A stretch of 64,000 bases of DNA, taken from NCBI RefSeq assembly GCF_900078365.1, contig NZ_LT598653.1, forward strand, positions 1,837,290 through 1,901,289. The letters run 5' to 3'. Positions 26,466 through 36,052 of the stretch are shown here, piece after piece. The stretch's first letter is position 1. Each line of letters opens with the position of its first letter. The position numbers were made by a program, and so were the translations under genes. Below the pieces are notes generated by a model. It did not search any database, was not told the DNA's origin, and saw nothing but the letters and a program-made list of their open reading frames with translations. This stretch comes from an uncultured Sphingopyxis sp. (GTDB taxonomy: Bacteria > Pseudomonadota > Alphaproteobacteria > Sphingomonadales > Sphingomonadaceae).

Positions 26466-29400
26466 ATGACGATCCTGTTGTTCGATTTCGCCGAGCCGAC
26501 CGCCGACGCGCAGGCGTCCGCCCGGTGTGCGCGCGCCGGGCTGCTGCTTAACTGCGCCGCGGCGACGCTGGCTATCGGCTTAGCCGGCGCGCCGATAGCG
26601 CCCGCGGCCGCCATGCAGACCGGCACCCCGGGCGCCCAGCTTTGCGAAGGCGGCTATTTCGTCTTCGACGGCGTCTGCCCCACGACGCCGACGCCGACGC
26701 CGCCGCTTTCGCCGGCGGACTTCACCAGCGAGGCCGCCGACTGCCGGAACCTGTTCTTGACGCCGCTGGCACCGGCGCCAACCCCGACCCCGACCCCGAC
26801 CCCCATTCCGCCGCCATCGGGCGGGGGCGGCCCGGGCCATGTGCTCGAATCGGTCGGCCCTCCGATGCCGTTCGACGCGGCCATCTCGTCGGTGGACGAT
26901 TCGTTGGCTTGCGGGACCGGCGCGAGCACTGGCGTCGCGCTGCGCGCCACCGCGATCGGAACCTCCAGCACCGTGACCGGCGACGACGGCACGGCGGTGG
27001 GCGCGAACAGTAGCGCCGGCCAGCTCGCCACCGCCATCGGCGCGCACGCCGCGGCTGCCGATTATGCGACGGCGATCGGCAGCGAGGCCAGCGCGGACAG
27101 CGGCGGCACCGCGGTCGGTAGGCTGGCGCAAACCGGCGTCGGCGGCACCGCGATCGGCAACCAGAGCAAAGCGACGGGCGCCACCAGCACCGCGATCGGC
27201 ACCGTCGCCGTGGCGAGCGCAGACAATAGCGTGGCGATCGGCGCCGGTTCCATTGCGGACCAGGCGGATACCGTGTCGGTAGGGAAAGCGGACGCCAGGC
27301 GGCGGATCACCAACGTCGCCGACGGTACGAGCACCACCGATGCGGTCAATCTCGGCCAACTCGACGCGGCGATCGCCGCGGTGCCGATCGCCAGCAACAA
27401 TACCGGCGGCCTCGCGGCGCCGGTCGCCACCGGCCCCAACAGCCTGGCCGTTGGCAATGGCGCCGAGGCAAGCGGCGACCTGAGCGCCGCGATAGGCAAT
27501 GGCAGCTACGCCTCGGTCGCCAACAGCACTGCGATCGGTACCAGCGCGGTCGCCTCGGGCCAAAGCAGCACAGCGACCGGGATGGCCAGCAACGCCTGGG
27601 GCGACTACAGCACCGCAACCGGCGCCAAGAGCTACGCCACGGGTGCGTATAGCGCGGCAATCGGAGAGAACAGCGTTGCTTCAGGCTACGGCAGCACGGC
27701 AACCGGCGCCAGTGCGGCTGCCGGAGGCACGCTCGCCAACGGCTTCACCAACCAAGGCACTACTGCGGTCGGTGCTGGCGCTCAGGCAGGCATGGTCGCC
27801 GCCGGACAGACCAACGCCACCGCCATCGGCTATGGCGCACATGCCAATGCCGCCAGCGCCTCCGCCTTCGGCCAGGGCGCGCGCGCCTCCGCCACGAACG
27901 CGGTGGCGCTGGGGCGGGGATCGGTCGCTGATCAGGCGGATACCGTGTCGGTGGGGAAAGCGGACGCCAGGCGGCGGATCGTCAATCTTGCCGACGGCGT
28001 CGTCGGGGCAGGATCGAGCGATGCGGTGACCGGAGGTCAGCTGTTCGCCGCCAATAATCGGATCGCGCTGGCGTTCGGCGGAGGCGCCGGGGTGGAAGCA
28101 AGCGGATTGCTGACGCCGCCGAGCTACGTCGTCCAGGGAGGAAACCACGACAACGTCGGCGGCGCGCTCGGCGCGCTCGATAGCCAGGTGACGATCAACA
28201 CCGGCGGCATCGCCACGCTCCAGAATCAGATCGCGGGAGGCTCGATCGGTCTCGTCCAGCAGGATCCGGCGAGCCGCGCCGTCAGCGTCGCCGCGGCGAC
28301 CGACGGCGCTACGGTCGATTTCGGCGGAACCGCTGGCGCGCGGGTGCTGACCGGCGTGGCGGCGGGCAATGTCACTGCGGGCTCGACCGACGCGGTCACC
28401 GGATCGCAGCTCTATGCGACCGATCAGAATGCCGCGGCGGCGCGGACGAGCGCGGACGCCGCCCATCGCACGGCAAACACCGCGCTGGCCAATGCCGCGA
28501 GGGCGCTAAGGACTGCCGAGACGGCGATCGCTAACGCCGTCGACGCTCGCGCCGCTGCCGACCATGCCCAACGGAGCGCCAACGATGCGCAGGCCGCGGC
28601 GAACAAGGCGCTCGCGTCGGGCGTGGCGGCCAGCGAGACCGCCAACAAGGCGCTGGCGAATGCCACCACCGCGCAGCGCGCCGCCGACGTCGCGCGGCAG
28701 AAAGCCGATACCGCGCAGCACACCGCCGATCTGGCCGTCGGCAATGCCGCGACCGCGCACAAGATCGCCGACACGGCGCTCGCCAACGCCGCGACCGCGC
28801 AGCAGACCGCCGATCTCGCGCTCGCCAACGGGAAGTATTTTCGCGCCAATATGACCGGCGACGGGCCGCAAGCGACCGGAACCAACTCGATGGCGATGGG
28901 CGCGGGCAGCACGGCGAGCGGCGACCGGTCGGTGGCGATGGGTTATGGCGCCGTCGCCAAGGACGGCGCGGCGGTCTCGATCGGCGCGGGCAATGTCGCC
29001 TCGGGCGACGGCGCGGTGGCGATCGGCGATCCCAACACCGCAACCGGCCTCGGGGCGGTGGCGATCGGCAACACCAACACCGCGACCGGCGACGGCGCAG
29101 TGGCGATCGGCAACCACAATGTCGCCGCCGGCAACGGCGCACTGGCGTTCGGCGATGGTGCAAATGCGCAAGCAGACGGCAGCGTCGCGATCGGCCGCGG
29201 CGCTATCGCCACCCGCGCCGATGAGGTCGCGCTCGGCTCGGCCGCTTCGACCTACACCCTCGCCGGCATCGCCTCCGACACCAGCCGCGCCGCGCAATCA
29301 GGCGCGACCGGCTTCGTCACCGCCGACGGCGCCGGCCGTCTCGCGGTCACCGATTTTGGTCCCGCCGACATCGCCGCGCTCGACCGGACGATGCGGATCG

Positions 29401-29642
29401 ACCGCCGGGATGCGCGCGAGGGCATCGCCGCCGCGGCCGCGCTCGGCTACGCGCCGATGCCTTCGGAGCCAGGACGGACCAGCTATGTGTTGAACGGCAC
29501 ATTGTTCCGCGACCAGCAGGCGATCGGCGGCTCGATCGCGCACCGTTTCTATACCGAAGCGTCCCTCGCGATCACTGCCGGCTTCGCTTATGGCGGCCAT
29601 TCGAACAACCTGCTCCGGATCGGCGTCGCGGGAGAGTTCTGA
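26466..29642 (+). CDS. Trimeric autotransporter adhesin (YadA/Hia-like)
   Basis: Repeated A(T/V)AIG head motifs, neck motifs (RRITNVADGTSTTDAVNLGQL, DAVTGGQL, DAVTGSQL), Ala-rich coiled coil, C-terminal anchor (GIAAAAALG...GVAGEF). Confidence 0.9.
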   Translation: MTILLFDFAEPTADAQASARCARAGLLLNCAAATLAIGLAGAPIAPAAAMQTGTPGAQLCEGGYFVFDGVCPTTPTPTPPLSPADFTSEAADCRNLFLTPLAPAPTPTPTPTPIPPPSGGGGPGHVLESVGPPMPFDAAISSVDDSLACGTGASTGVALRATAIGTSSTVTGDDGTAVGANSSAGQLATAIGAHAAAADYATAIGSEASADSGGTAVGRLAQTGVGGTAIGNQSKATGATSTAIGTVAVASADNSVAIGAGSIADQADTVSVGKADARRRITNVADGTSTTDAVNLGQLDAAIAAVPIASNNTGGLAAPVATGPNSLAVGNGAEASGDLSAAIGNGSYASVANSTAIGTSAVASGQSSTATGMASNAWGDYSTATGAKSYATGAYSAAIGENSVASGYGSTATGASAAAGGTLANGFTNQGTTAVGAGAQAGMVAAGQTNATAIGYGAHANAASASAFGQGARASATNAVALGRGSVADQADTVSVGKADARRRIVNLADGVVGAGSSDAVTGGQLFAANNRIALAFGGGAGVEASGLLTPPSYVVQGGNHDNVGGALGALDSQVTINTGGIATLQNQIAGGSIGLVQQDPASRAVSVAAATDGATVDFGGTAGARVLTGVAAGNVTAGSTDAVTGSQLYATDQNAAAARTSADAAHRTANTALANAARALRTAETAIANAVDARAAADHAQRSANDAQAAANKALASGVAASETANKALANATTAQRAADVARQKADTAQHTADLAVGNAATAHKIADTALANAATAQQTADLALANGKYFRANMTGDGPQATGTNSMAMGAGSTASGDRSVAMGYGAVAKDGAAVSIGAGNVASGDGAVAIGDPNTATGLGAVAIGNTNTATGDGAVAIGNHNVAAGNGALAFGDGANAQADGSVAIGRGAIATRADEVALGSAASTYTLAGIASDTSRAAQSGATGFVTADGAGRLAVTDFGPADIAALDRTMRIDRRDAREGIAAAAALGYAPMPSEPGRTSYVLNGTLFRDQQAIGGSIAHRFYTEASLAITAGFAYGGHSNNLLRIGVAGEF

Positions 29643-30109
29643 GGAGATGGCGTCGGCGCGCAACCACGATCACGCGATTTGCCTGGGCCAAGCGCAGCCG
29701 GTGCGATAAACAAGAGCAACTTTCTTGCTCCGCAGACCTCCAAGCTGCCAGACAGAAATCGGCCAGATTGGGCTACTGAATATTCGGCCCGCTACGCTGG
29801 CGCCCGAAGCTCCAGCTTATGCCGCCGTCGCGCATGATGCCCGACAGCGGCATCAACCACCTTGCCGCAGATCGCCGCGCCTCAGCGATACAGCTCGACT
29901 CGTCCCCCGTTGATTCCGGTCGACCACAGACCGGCGATGGCGCCTCGGTCACATCGCTGAAGCTGCGGACATATTCCGTGATCCCGCCAAACGCTGGGCG
30001 CGCATACGGGGGATATTCCCGCGAAAGGTGTAGCCGTTGCCCCGACGATATAGGTGGGGTGCAACCCGTTGCATTGTTTGCGGGGCATGTGATTTTGTAG
30101 CAGACATTG

Positions 30110-30132
30110 GGGCGTCGCTATCCGCGACGCCC
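30110..30132. terminator. Hairpin downstream of the tRNA, inside the island
   Basis: 9-bp perfect stem GGGCGTCGC-TATCC-GCGACGCCC; no clear U tract. Confidence 0.4.
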
Positions 30133-30178
30133 GCGCTTGTTCAGCATTTTCTGCGATTTCAAACCCTTGGGGAAGGGG

Positions 30179-30268
30179 TGGAGGAGAGTGAGGGATTCGA
30201 ACCCTCGGTACCGTTGCCGGCACTTCGCATTTCGAGTGCGACGCTTTCGACCACTCAGCCAACTCTCC
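30179..30268 (-). tRNA. tRNA-Ser(CGA)
   Basis: Folds as acceptor GGAGAGT/ACTCTCC, anticodon arm TCGCA-CTCGAAA-TGCGA, long variable arm, T arm GAGGG-TTCGAAT-CCCTC, encoded CCA; 90 nt. Confidence 0.97.
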
Positions 30269-30341
30269 TCGCTGAGAGGAGACGCCCCTAGCGACGGTCC
30301 GTCGCCGTTGCAACCCTCTAGTCGCAAATCATCCCACATTC

Positions 30342-30371
30342 CTGTCATCCCGGCCTTCGCCGGGATGACAG
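30342..30371. repeat. Single perfect REP-derived palindrome
   Basis: CTGTCATCCCGGC-CTTC-GCCGGGATGACAG, 13-bp stem, just after the amidohydrolase stop. Confidence 0.8.
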
Positions 30372-30382
30372 CTTTGTCGGGG

Positions 30383-33300
30383 CTAGTCGGTCTCCCACCA
30401 ATAGGACGCGCGCTGGCGGTCGCCCGTCTCGACCTCGTTCATCGTCAGCGGATCATAGAGCCGACCGCCCAGCATCACGCGGTGGATCTTGTCGGTATTG
30501 CGGATATCCTGCGTCGGATCGGCGTCGAGGATCAGCAGGTCGGCGAGCTTGCCCGCCTCGAGCGATCCGACATCCTTCGCATAGCCGAGCGACGTCGCCG
30601 GCATGATCGTCGCGGCGCGCAGCGCGTCGATATTGCTCCAGCCGCCGCGCACGAAGGACCAGATTTCCCAATGCGCGCCGAGCCCTGCCTGCTGGCCGTG
30701 CGCGCCGATCGAGACCATGCGGCCCGCGGCGGCGATCTTGCCCGCCTCGCGCGCCGAATCATCGTCGACATAATCGCTCTCGGGCGCGATCACGCGGCGC
30801 TTGTTGTTCGCGGCGAGTTCGGCCGGCGGCGCGTGGCGCGACAGGATCGGATGCTCCCAGACGTTCGTATGCGCGCGCCAATAGGGATCGCCGGCGGGGC
30901 CGCCATAGGTCACGACGAGCGTCGGCGTGTAATCGACCTTGGTCTGCCCCCACAGCTGGACGAGGTCCCGATAGAAAATGTCGAGCGGAATATTATGCTC
31001 GACGGTCGAATTGCCGTCCTGGATCAGCGTCACGTCCTGCGTGAAGAGCGAACCGCCCTCGGGCACGACGGTCATGCCTTCCATCTGCGCGGCCTTGACG
31101 ACCATCTGGCGCTGGTCGCGGCGCGGCTGGTTGTAATTCTTGACGCTGTGCGCGCCCTGCGCCTTCAGCCGGCGGACATGCGCCAGCGCGTCGTCATAGC
31201 CGTTGATCTCGGCATAGACGCCCGCCGCCTTCGCGCCATAGATGACCTCGCCGGTCGAAAAGATGCGCGGCGCGAGGATCAGGCCCGCGCGCTGCATTTC
31301 GGACGAGACGAAAATTTCCGACGCGCGCGACGAGGGATTGTGGCTCGTCGTCGTGCCCATCGCGAGATTGACGATCTCTGACCAGTTCTGCTGCGGCACG
31401 AGTTCGTCTTCGCCGTGCGATCCGTGCGCGTGCGCGTCGACGAAGCCGGGGACGATCGTCTTGCCCGCCGCATCGACGGTCACCGCGCCCGCGGGAACGC
31501 TAATCGCCCCCGCCGGGCCGATCGCGGCGATGCGGTCGCCGTCGATGACGATCGCGCCATTTTCGATCACGCCGCCGTCCTTGTCGGCCATCGTCACGAT
31601 CTTCGCGCCGGTGATGACGACGACGCCTTTATGCTTCGCCGCCGCCTGCGTCATCGACAGCGAGACGCCGTCGGTCGGGGGCGTGAATTTCGGCGCCTTT
31701 TCGTCGGCGGGCGCGCTCGCGAAGAGGCTCGCGAGGTCGGCGCTGAACAAGGTCGCGCCGCGGCTCCAGTGGAGGCGGCCGCCGCCATCCGACCAGTGGA
31801 TATATTCGGCGCCGCTGCCCGAAACGCGGGTTACGGGCAGCGCGCCGCTCTTGGTGCCGAGCGCCACATCCTGTCCGCCGGGCATCAGCGGCGTGACATA
31901 GGCGTCATAATTCTGCCGGAAGGCGAGGGTGCGGCCGTCGGGTGAAATCTCGTAATCGCTGACGAGTTCGCCATTGGCGTGAACGCGCTTGTCCTGCCCG
32001 TGCAGATCGGTGCTGACGAGTTGGCTCTTGCCGCCCTCTGCGGTGATCATGAAGACGCGGTCGTTCGCCGCACCGAACTGCGGCTTGGCGCCGTCGCTGG
32101 CGATCCGCTCGGCGGTTCCGCCCGCGGCTGCGATGCGATAGACGCCGGGGTCTTCGCCCCAACGCTCCGAGGTGAGTCCGCCGCCGCCGCGCCGCTCGAA
32201 CGCGATCGTCTTGCCGTCGGGCGAGAAGCGCGGTTCGGCATAATGGCCGGGGTTCGCCGTCACCTTGCGTGACGCGCCGCCGCCCGCGCCGATGACATGG
32301 ATTTCGCCGAGACCGGCATCGGTCCAGCGGACAAAGACGATCGACTTGCCGTCGCGCGACCAGCTCGGCCACAATTCCATCGCGCCGTCCTTGGCGTTCG
32401 TCAGCCGCCGCGCGGTGCCGCCGGTCGCGGGCTTGACCCAGAGCTTGCCGAGCGTTTCGAACACGACGCTGCGGCCGTCGGGCGACACTTCGGCCCAGCG
32501 CGGCATTTTCGTCGCGAAGCTGTCGGGCGCGACCTCGACCGCCGGATGCGTCGCATCGACGATCACGCGGTCGTCGTTGATCGCGAACGGGATGACGCGT
32601 GCTTCGCCGCCGTCGCCACTCACGCGGCGCAGCTTGCCGCCGGCCCAGAAGACGATGTCGCGGCTGTCGGGGGTCCACGCCATGTTCGGATAGACGCCAG
32701 TGACCGCCCAGGTTTCCTGCACATCCTGGTCGAGCGCGTCATAGACTTTCTTCTCGGCTCCCGAGGCGAGGTCTTTCACATAGAGCTTCGACTGGGTGCC
32801 CTCGCGTCGCACGAAAGCGAGGCGCTTGCCGTCGGGCGACGGCGTCGGGCGCACCGCGCCGCCGGGCCCCGACGCGGCGGTGCTGATTTCGCCGTCGTTC
32901 AGGCTGTAGCGTTCGATATGGAACAGGTCGGTGTTGCTGTCCTGCGCATATTCGAAGATCGGACCCGGCGTGACGTTGCGCGTATAATAGACGCTCTTGC
33001 CGTCGGGGGCGAAGATCGGTTCGCCGAGTTCCTTCTGGTGCCGCTCGTTGGGCTTCTTGACCAGCGGGACGCCGGCGCCGCCCGAGACGTGATACATCCA
33101 CACCTCGCCGGTGCCGAGCGAGCGGCCGGTGGTGAAATGCTTCTTGGCGACGAGGAACTGGCCGTCGGGCGACCAGCTCGGCTGGTTGAGCAGGCGGAAA
33201 TCCTCCTTGGAGATCTGGCGCTTGTCGCTGCCGTCGCGGTTCATCAGCCAGATATTGTCGCCGCCCGCGCGGTCGGAGACGAAGGCGATGCGCTTGCCGT

Positions 33301-33613
33301 CGGGCGAGAAGCGCGGCTGATGCTCATAGGCGAGCCCCTCGGCGATTCGCGTCGGCGTCCCGCCGTCGATCGGCATGGTGTAAATGTCGCCCAGCAGGTC
33401 GAAGGCGATCGTGCGGCCGTCGGGCGCGACATCCACGTTCATCCAGCTGCCCTCGTCGACCGACAGCTGGATCTTGCGCGTCGCGAGGCCCGGCGGAGCG
33501 TTGACGTCCCACTTGTCCTCCTCCTTCTTCGTGTCGGCATCGGGCGCGGTCTGCGCCCAGACCGAGGTTGAACAAGCCAGAGCCGCCGCAAGGGCGAGAG
33601 CGAAGCGCGCCAT
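30383..33613 (-). CDS. Secreted TolB-like (PD40) beta-propeller protein fused to an amidohydrolase domain
   Basis: Signal peptide MARFALALAAALACSTSVWA, many (F/W)SPDG repeats, PGFVDAHAH, LEAGKLADLLILDADP. Confidence 0.88.
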   Translation of the reverse strand: MARFALALAAALACSTSVWAQTAPDADTKKEEDKWDVNAPPGLATRKIQLSVDEGSWMNVDVAPDGRTIAFDLLGDIYTMPIDGGTPTRIAEGLAYEHQPRFSPDGKRIAFVSDRAGGDNIWLMNRDGSDKRQISKEDFRLLNQPSWSPDGQFLVAKKHFTTGRSLGTGEVWMYHVSGGAGVPLVKKPNERHQKELGEPIFAPDGKSVYYTRNVTPGPIFEYAQDSNTDLFHIERYSLNDGEISTAASGPGGAVRPTPSPDGKRLAFVRREGTQSKLYVKDLASGAEKKVYDALDQDVQETWAVTGVYPNMAWTPDSRDIVFWAGGKLRRVSGDGGEARVIPFAINDDRVIVDATHPAVEVAPDSFATKMPRWAEVSPDGRSVVFETLGKLWVKPATGGTARRLTNAKDGAMELWPSWSRDGKSIVFVRWTDAGLGEIHVIGAGGGASRKVTANPGHYAEPRFSPDGKTIAFERRGGGGLTSERWGEDPGVYRIAAAGGTAERIASDGAKPQFGAANDRVFMITAEGGKSQLVSTDLHGQDKRVHANGELVSDYEISPDGRTLAFRQNYDAYVTPLMPGGQDVALGTKSGALPVTRVSGSGAEYIHWSDGGGRLHWSRGATLFSADLASLFASAPADEKAPKFTPPTDGVSLSMTQAAAKHKGVVVITGAKIVTMADKDGGVIENGAIVIDGDRIAAIGPAGAISVPAGAVTVDAAGKTIVPGFVDAHAHGSHGEDELVPQQNWSEIVNLAMGTTTSHNPSSRASEIFVSSEMQRAGLILAPRIFSTGEVIYGAKAAGVYAEINGYDDALAHVRRLKAQGAHSVKNYNQPRRDQRQMVVKAAQMEGMTVVPEGGSLFTQDVTLIQDGNSTVEHNIPLDIFYRDLVQLWGQTKVDYTPTLVVTYGGPAGDPYWRAHTNVWEHPILSRHAPPAELAANNKRRVIAPESDYVDDDSAREAGKIAAAGRMVSIGAHGQQAGLGAHWEIWSFVRGGWSNIDALRAATIMPATSLGYAKDVGSLEAGKLADLLILDADPTQDIRNTDKIHRVMLGGRLYDPLTMNEVETGDRQRASYWWETD

Positions 33614-33755
33614 GAAATTATCCCCGTTTGAAATTATGGTGCCGACCATATGGCCCGGGCGCGAACATGCAAGTGACAGGTTTCGATGAAGAACTGGCAG
33701 CTTCGACGAGCGGCTGCTAGCCCGGTCGAAAGACAATGATCGGGGAGGGCGAGGC

Positions 33756-34934
33756 GTGCCGCTAAAAGGGATCAGGGTACTCGATTTCGGCCGTTATATC
33801 GCAGGGCCTTATTGCGCGGCGCTGCTCGCCGATTATGGCGCCGACGTGATCCGCATCGAGGCGCCCGGCGGCAATGACGATCGCTATACGGTGCCCGTCG
33901 CCGACGACGGATCGGGGGCGATGTTCATGCAGATGAACCGCGCCAAGCGTGGCCTGACCTTGAAGCCCGGCAGCCCGGAAGGCCGCGAGATCGTCCGCCG
34001 CCTGGTCGAAACCGCCGATGTCGTGATCGCCAATCTCCCGCACGACGCGCTGGTCAAACTGGGCCTCGATTACGATAGTATTTCCGCGATCAACCCGCGC
34101 ATCATCCTCGCGACCGCATCGGCGTTCGGCAGCGAGGGGCCGCTCGCCAGCCGCGTCGGCTTCGACGCGGTCGGGCAGGCGATGTCGGGAACGGTGCACC
34201 TCACGGGCACGCCCGACCAGCCCTATCGCGCGCAGGTCAATTATGTCGATTTCGGCACCGCGCTCCACTGCGCCTTCGGCATCATGCTCGCGCTGCGCGA
34301 GCGCGAGGCGACGGGGAAGGGGCAATGCGTGTCGGGATCGCTGCTCGGCACCGCGCTGGCGCTGTCGAACGCGCTCACCATCGACCATGCGCTGAACGGC
34401 ATCGACCGCCAGCCGATCGGCAACCGCAGTTTCAGCTCCGCGCCGACCGACCTGTTCCGCACGCGCGACGGCTGGATCGTCACCCAGATCGTCGGCGCGT
34501 CGATCTTCGCGCGCTGGGCGGCGCTCGTCGGGCGCCCCGAGCTGATCGACGACCCGCTTTATGCCAGCGACATATCGCGCGGCGACAATGGCGCGGAGCT
34601 GAGCGCGATCATGCAGCATTGGTGCATCGATCGGACGAGCGCCGAAGCGATCGCCGAACTCGCGGCGGCGCGCGTTCCCGCCGCGCCGGTGCTGCGCGCG
34701 GGCGAGGCGCTGGCGCAGCCGCAGGTCGCAGCGATGGAACTGGTCGAGCCGGTCGATTATCCGGGCGCGAACGGCGCCGTCCCGGTGATCCGCGCGCCGA
34801 TCCGCCTGTCGGCGAGCGACAAGGTCGCGCCCGGCCGCGCGCCGCGGGTCGGCGAGCATAGCGACGCGATCCTCGCCGAACTCGGCTATGACGCCGAAGC
34901 CACCGCGGCTTTGCGTGCGGCAAAGATTATTTGA
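33756..34934 (+). CDS. Family III CoA-transferase (CaiB/BaiF)
   Basis: PLKGIRVLDFGRYIAGPYCAALLADYGADVIRIE, MNRAKRG, APRVGEHSDAILAELGY. Confidence 0.9.
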   Translation: MPLKGIRVLDFGRYIAGPYCAALLADYGADVIRIEAPGGNDDRYTVPVADDGSGAMFMQMNRAKRGLTLKPGSPEGREIVRRLVETADVVIANLPHDALVKLGLDYDSISAINPRIILATASAFGSEGPLASRVGFDAVGQAMSGTVHLTGTPDQPYRAQVNYVDFGTALHCAFGIMLALREREATGKGQCVSGSLLGTALALSNALTIDHALNGIDRQPIGNRSFSSAPTDLFRTRDGWIVTQIVGASIFARWAALVGRPELIDDPLYASDISRGDNGAELSAIMQHWCIDRTSAEAIAELAAARVPAAPVLRAGEALAQPQVAAMELVEPVDYPGANGAVPVIRAPIRLSASDKVAPGRAPRVGEHSDAILAELGYDAEATAALRAAKII

Positions 34935-35008
34935 GCCGGGGAGGGTGGACAAACATCGATCGCCCATTAAGTTACCGGTCAGTATAAAATTCAGCCGAGG
35001 AGCCCCCG

Positions 35009-35884
35009 ATGACCGACAACAGCGAATATGTGCCGCCCAAAATCTGGACGTGGGACAAGGAAAGCGGCGGACGTTTCGCCAACATCAATCGCCCGGTCGC
35101 GGGGCCGACGCACGACAGGGAACTGCCGGTCGGCAAGCACCCGCTCCAGCTCTATTCGCTCGGCACGCCCAACGGCGTGAAGGTCACGGTGATGCTCGAG
35201 GAACTGCTCGCGGCGGGACACCGCGGCGCCGAATATGACGCCTGGCTGATCAACATCGGCGAGGGCGACCAGTTTTCGAGCGGCTTCGTCGGCGCCAATC
35301 CGAACAGCAAGATCCCCGCGCTCGTCGATCGCAGCGGCGCCGAGCCGATCCGCGTGTTCGAATCGGGCGCGATCCTGATCCATCTCGCCGAAAAATTCGG
35401 CGCTTTTCTGCCGACCGGCACCGCCAAGCGCGCCGAGACGCTGTCGTGGCTGATGTGGCAGATGGGCAGCGCGCCTTTCCTCGGCGGCGGTTTCGGCCAT
35501 TTCTATGCCTATGCGCCGACCAAGCAGGAATATCCGATCAATCGCTATGCGATGGAGGTGAAGCGCCAGCTCGACGTGCTCGACCGGCGCCTCGCGGAGA
35601 GCGAATATATCGCCGGCGCGGACTATACGATCGCCGACATGGCGATCTGGCCCTGGTATGGCGCGCTCGCCAAGGGGCTCGTCTATGACGCGGGCGAGTT
35701 CCTGCAGGTTGACGACTATAAGAACGTCCAGCGCTGGACCGACCAGCTCGCGGCGCGCCCGGCAGTCCGGCGCGGGCGGATGGTCAATCGCGTGACCGGC
35801 GACCCGGCGAGCCAGCTCCGCGAGCGCCACGACGCCTCGGACTTCGACCTGCGCACGCAGGACAAATTGCAGGACGCCGAATGA
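35009..35884 (+). CDS. yghU: Glutathione-dependent disulfide-bond oxidoreductase (GST Nu class)
   Basis: YVPPKIWTW, NINRPVAG, LYSLGTPNGVKV, NPNSKIPAL, FESGAIL, LRERHDASDF. Confidence 0.9.
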   Translation: MTDNSEYVPPKIWTWDKESGGRFANINRPVAGPTHDRELPVGKHPLQLYSLGTPNGVKVTVMLEELLAAGHRGAEYDAWLINIGEGDQFSSGFVGANPNSKIPALVDRSGAEPIRVFESGAILIHLAEKFGAFLPTGTAKRAETLSWLMWQMGSAPFLGGGFGHFYAYAPTKQEYPINRYAMEVKRQLDVLDRRLAESEYIAGADYTIADMAIWPWYGALAKGLVYDAGEFLQVDDYKNVQRWTDQLAARPAVRRGRMVNRVTGDPASQLRERHDASDFDLRTQDKLQDAE

Positions 35885-36052
35885 TCGCATTTTGCGCGTA
35901 GCGGCGCGTCGCGGCGATTAACGTCCCGGCAAGTTCCGCTGTTGCAACGCCATTTGCCGTGACAGGAAGCGCGGCGAAAATTCGTAAAATGCACGAAAAG
36001 GGCGTCGGGGCTTCTCGACGCCCTTTTCATTTGCACGCGCCATTCTGGCCGC

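Larger units (their letters stand above)
8808..30193. mobile_element. Genomic island integrated at tRNA-Ser(CGA)
   Basis: 15-bp direct repeats, tRNA at one end, visibly more A/T-rich codons in most cargo genes, internal transposase/recombinase, and none of the host REP copies inside. Confidence 0.8.

Noticed and set aside
29643-30178. Integrase or pseudogene next to the tRNA
   Set aside because: The track ORFs and the minus-strand frames I translated showed no tyrosine or serine recombinase motifs.
34971-34984. GTTACCGGTCAGTA upstream of yghU as a fifth island operator
   Set aside because: It shares only a half-site in the wrong arrangement and lies outside the island.
35918-35922. CtrA box upstream of tadE
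   Set aside because: Only a TTAAC half-site; the second half at N7 spacing is absent.
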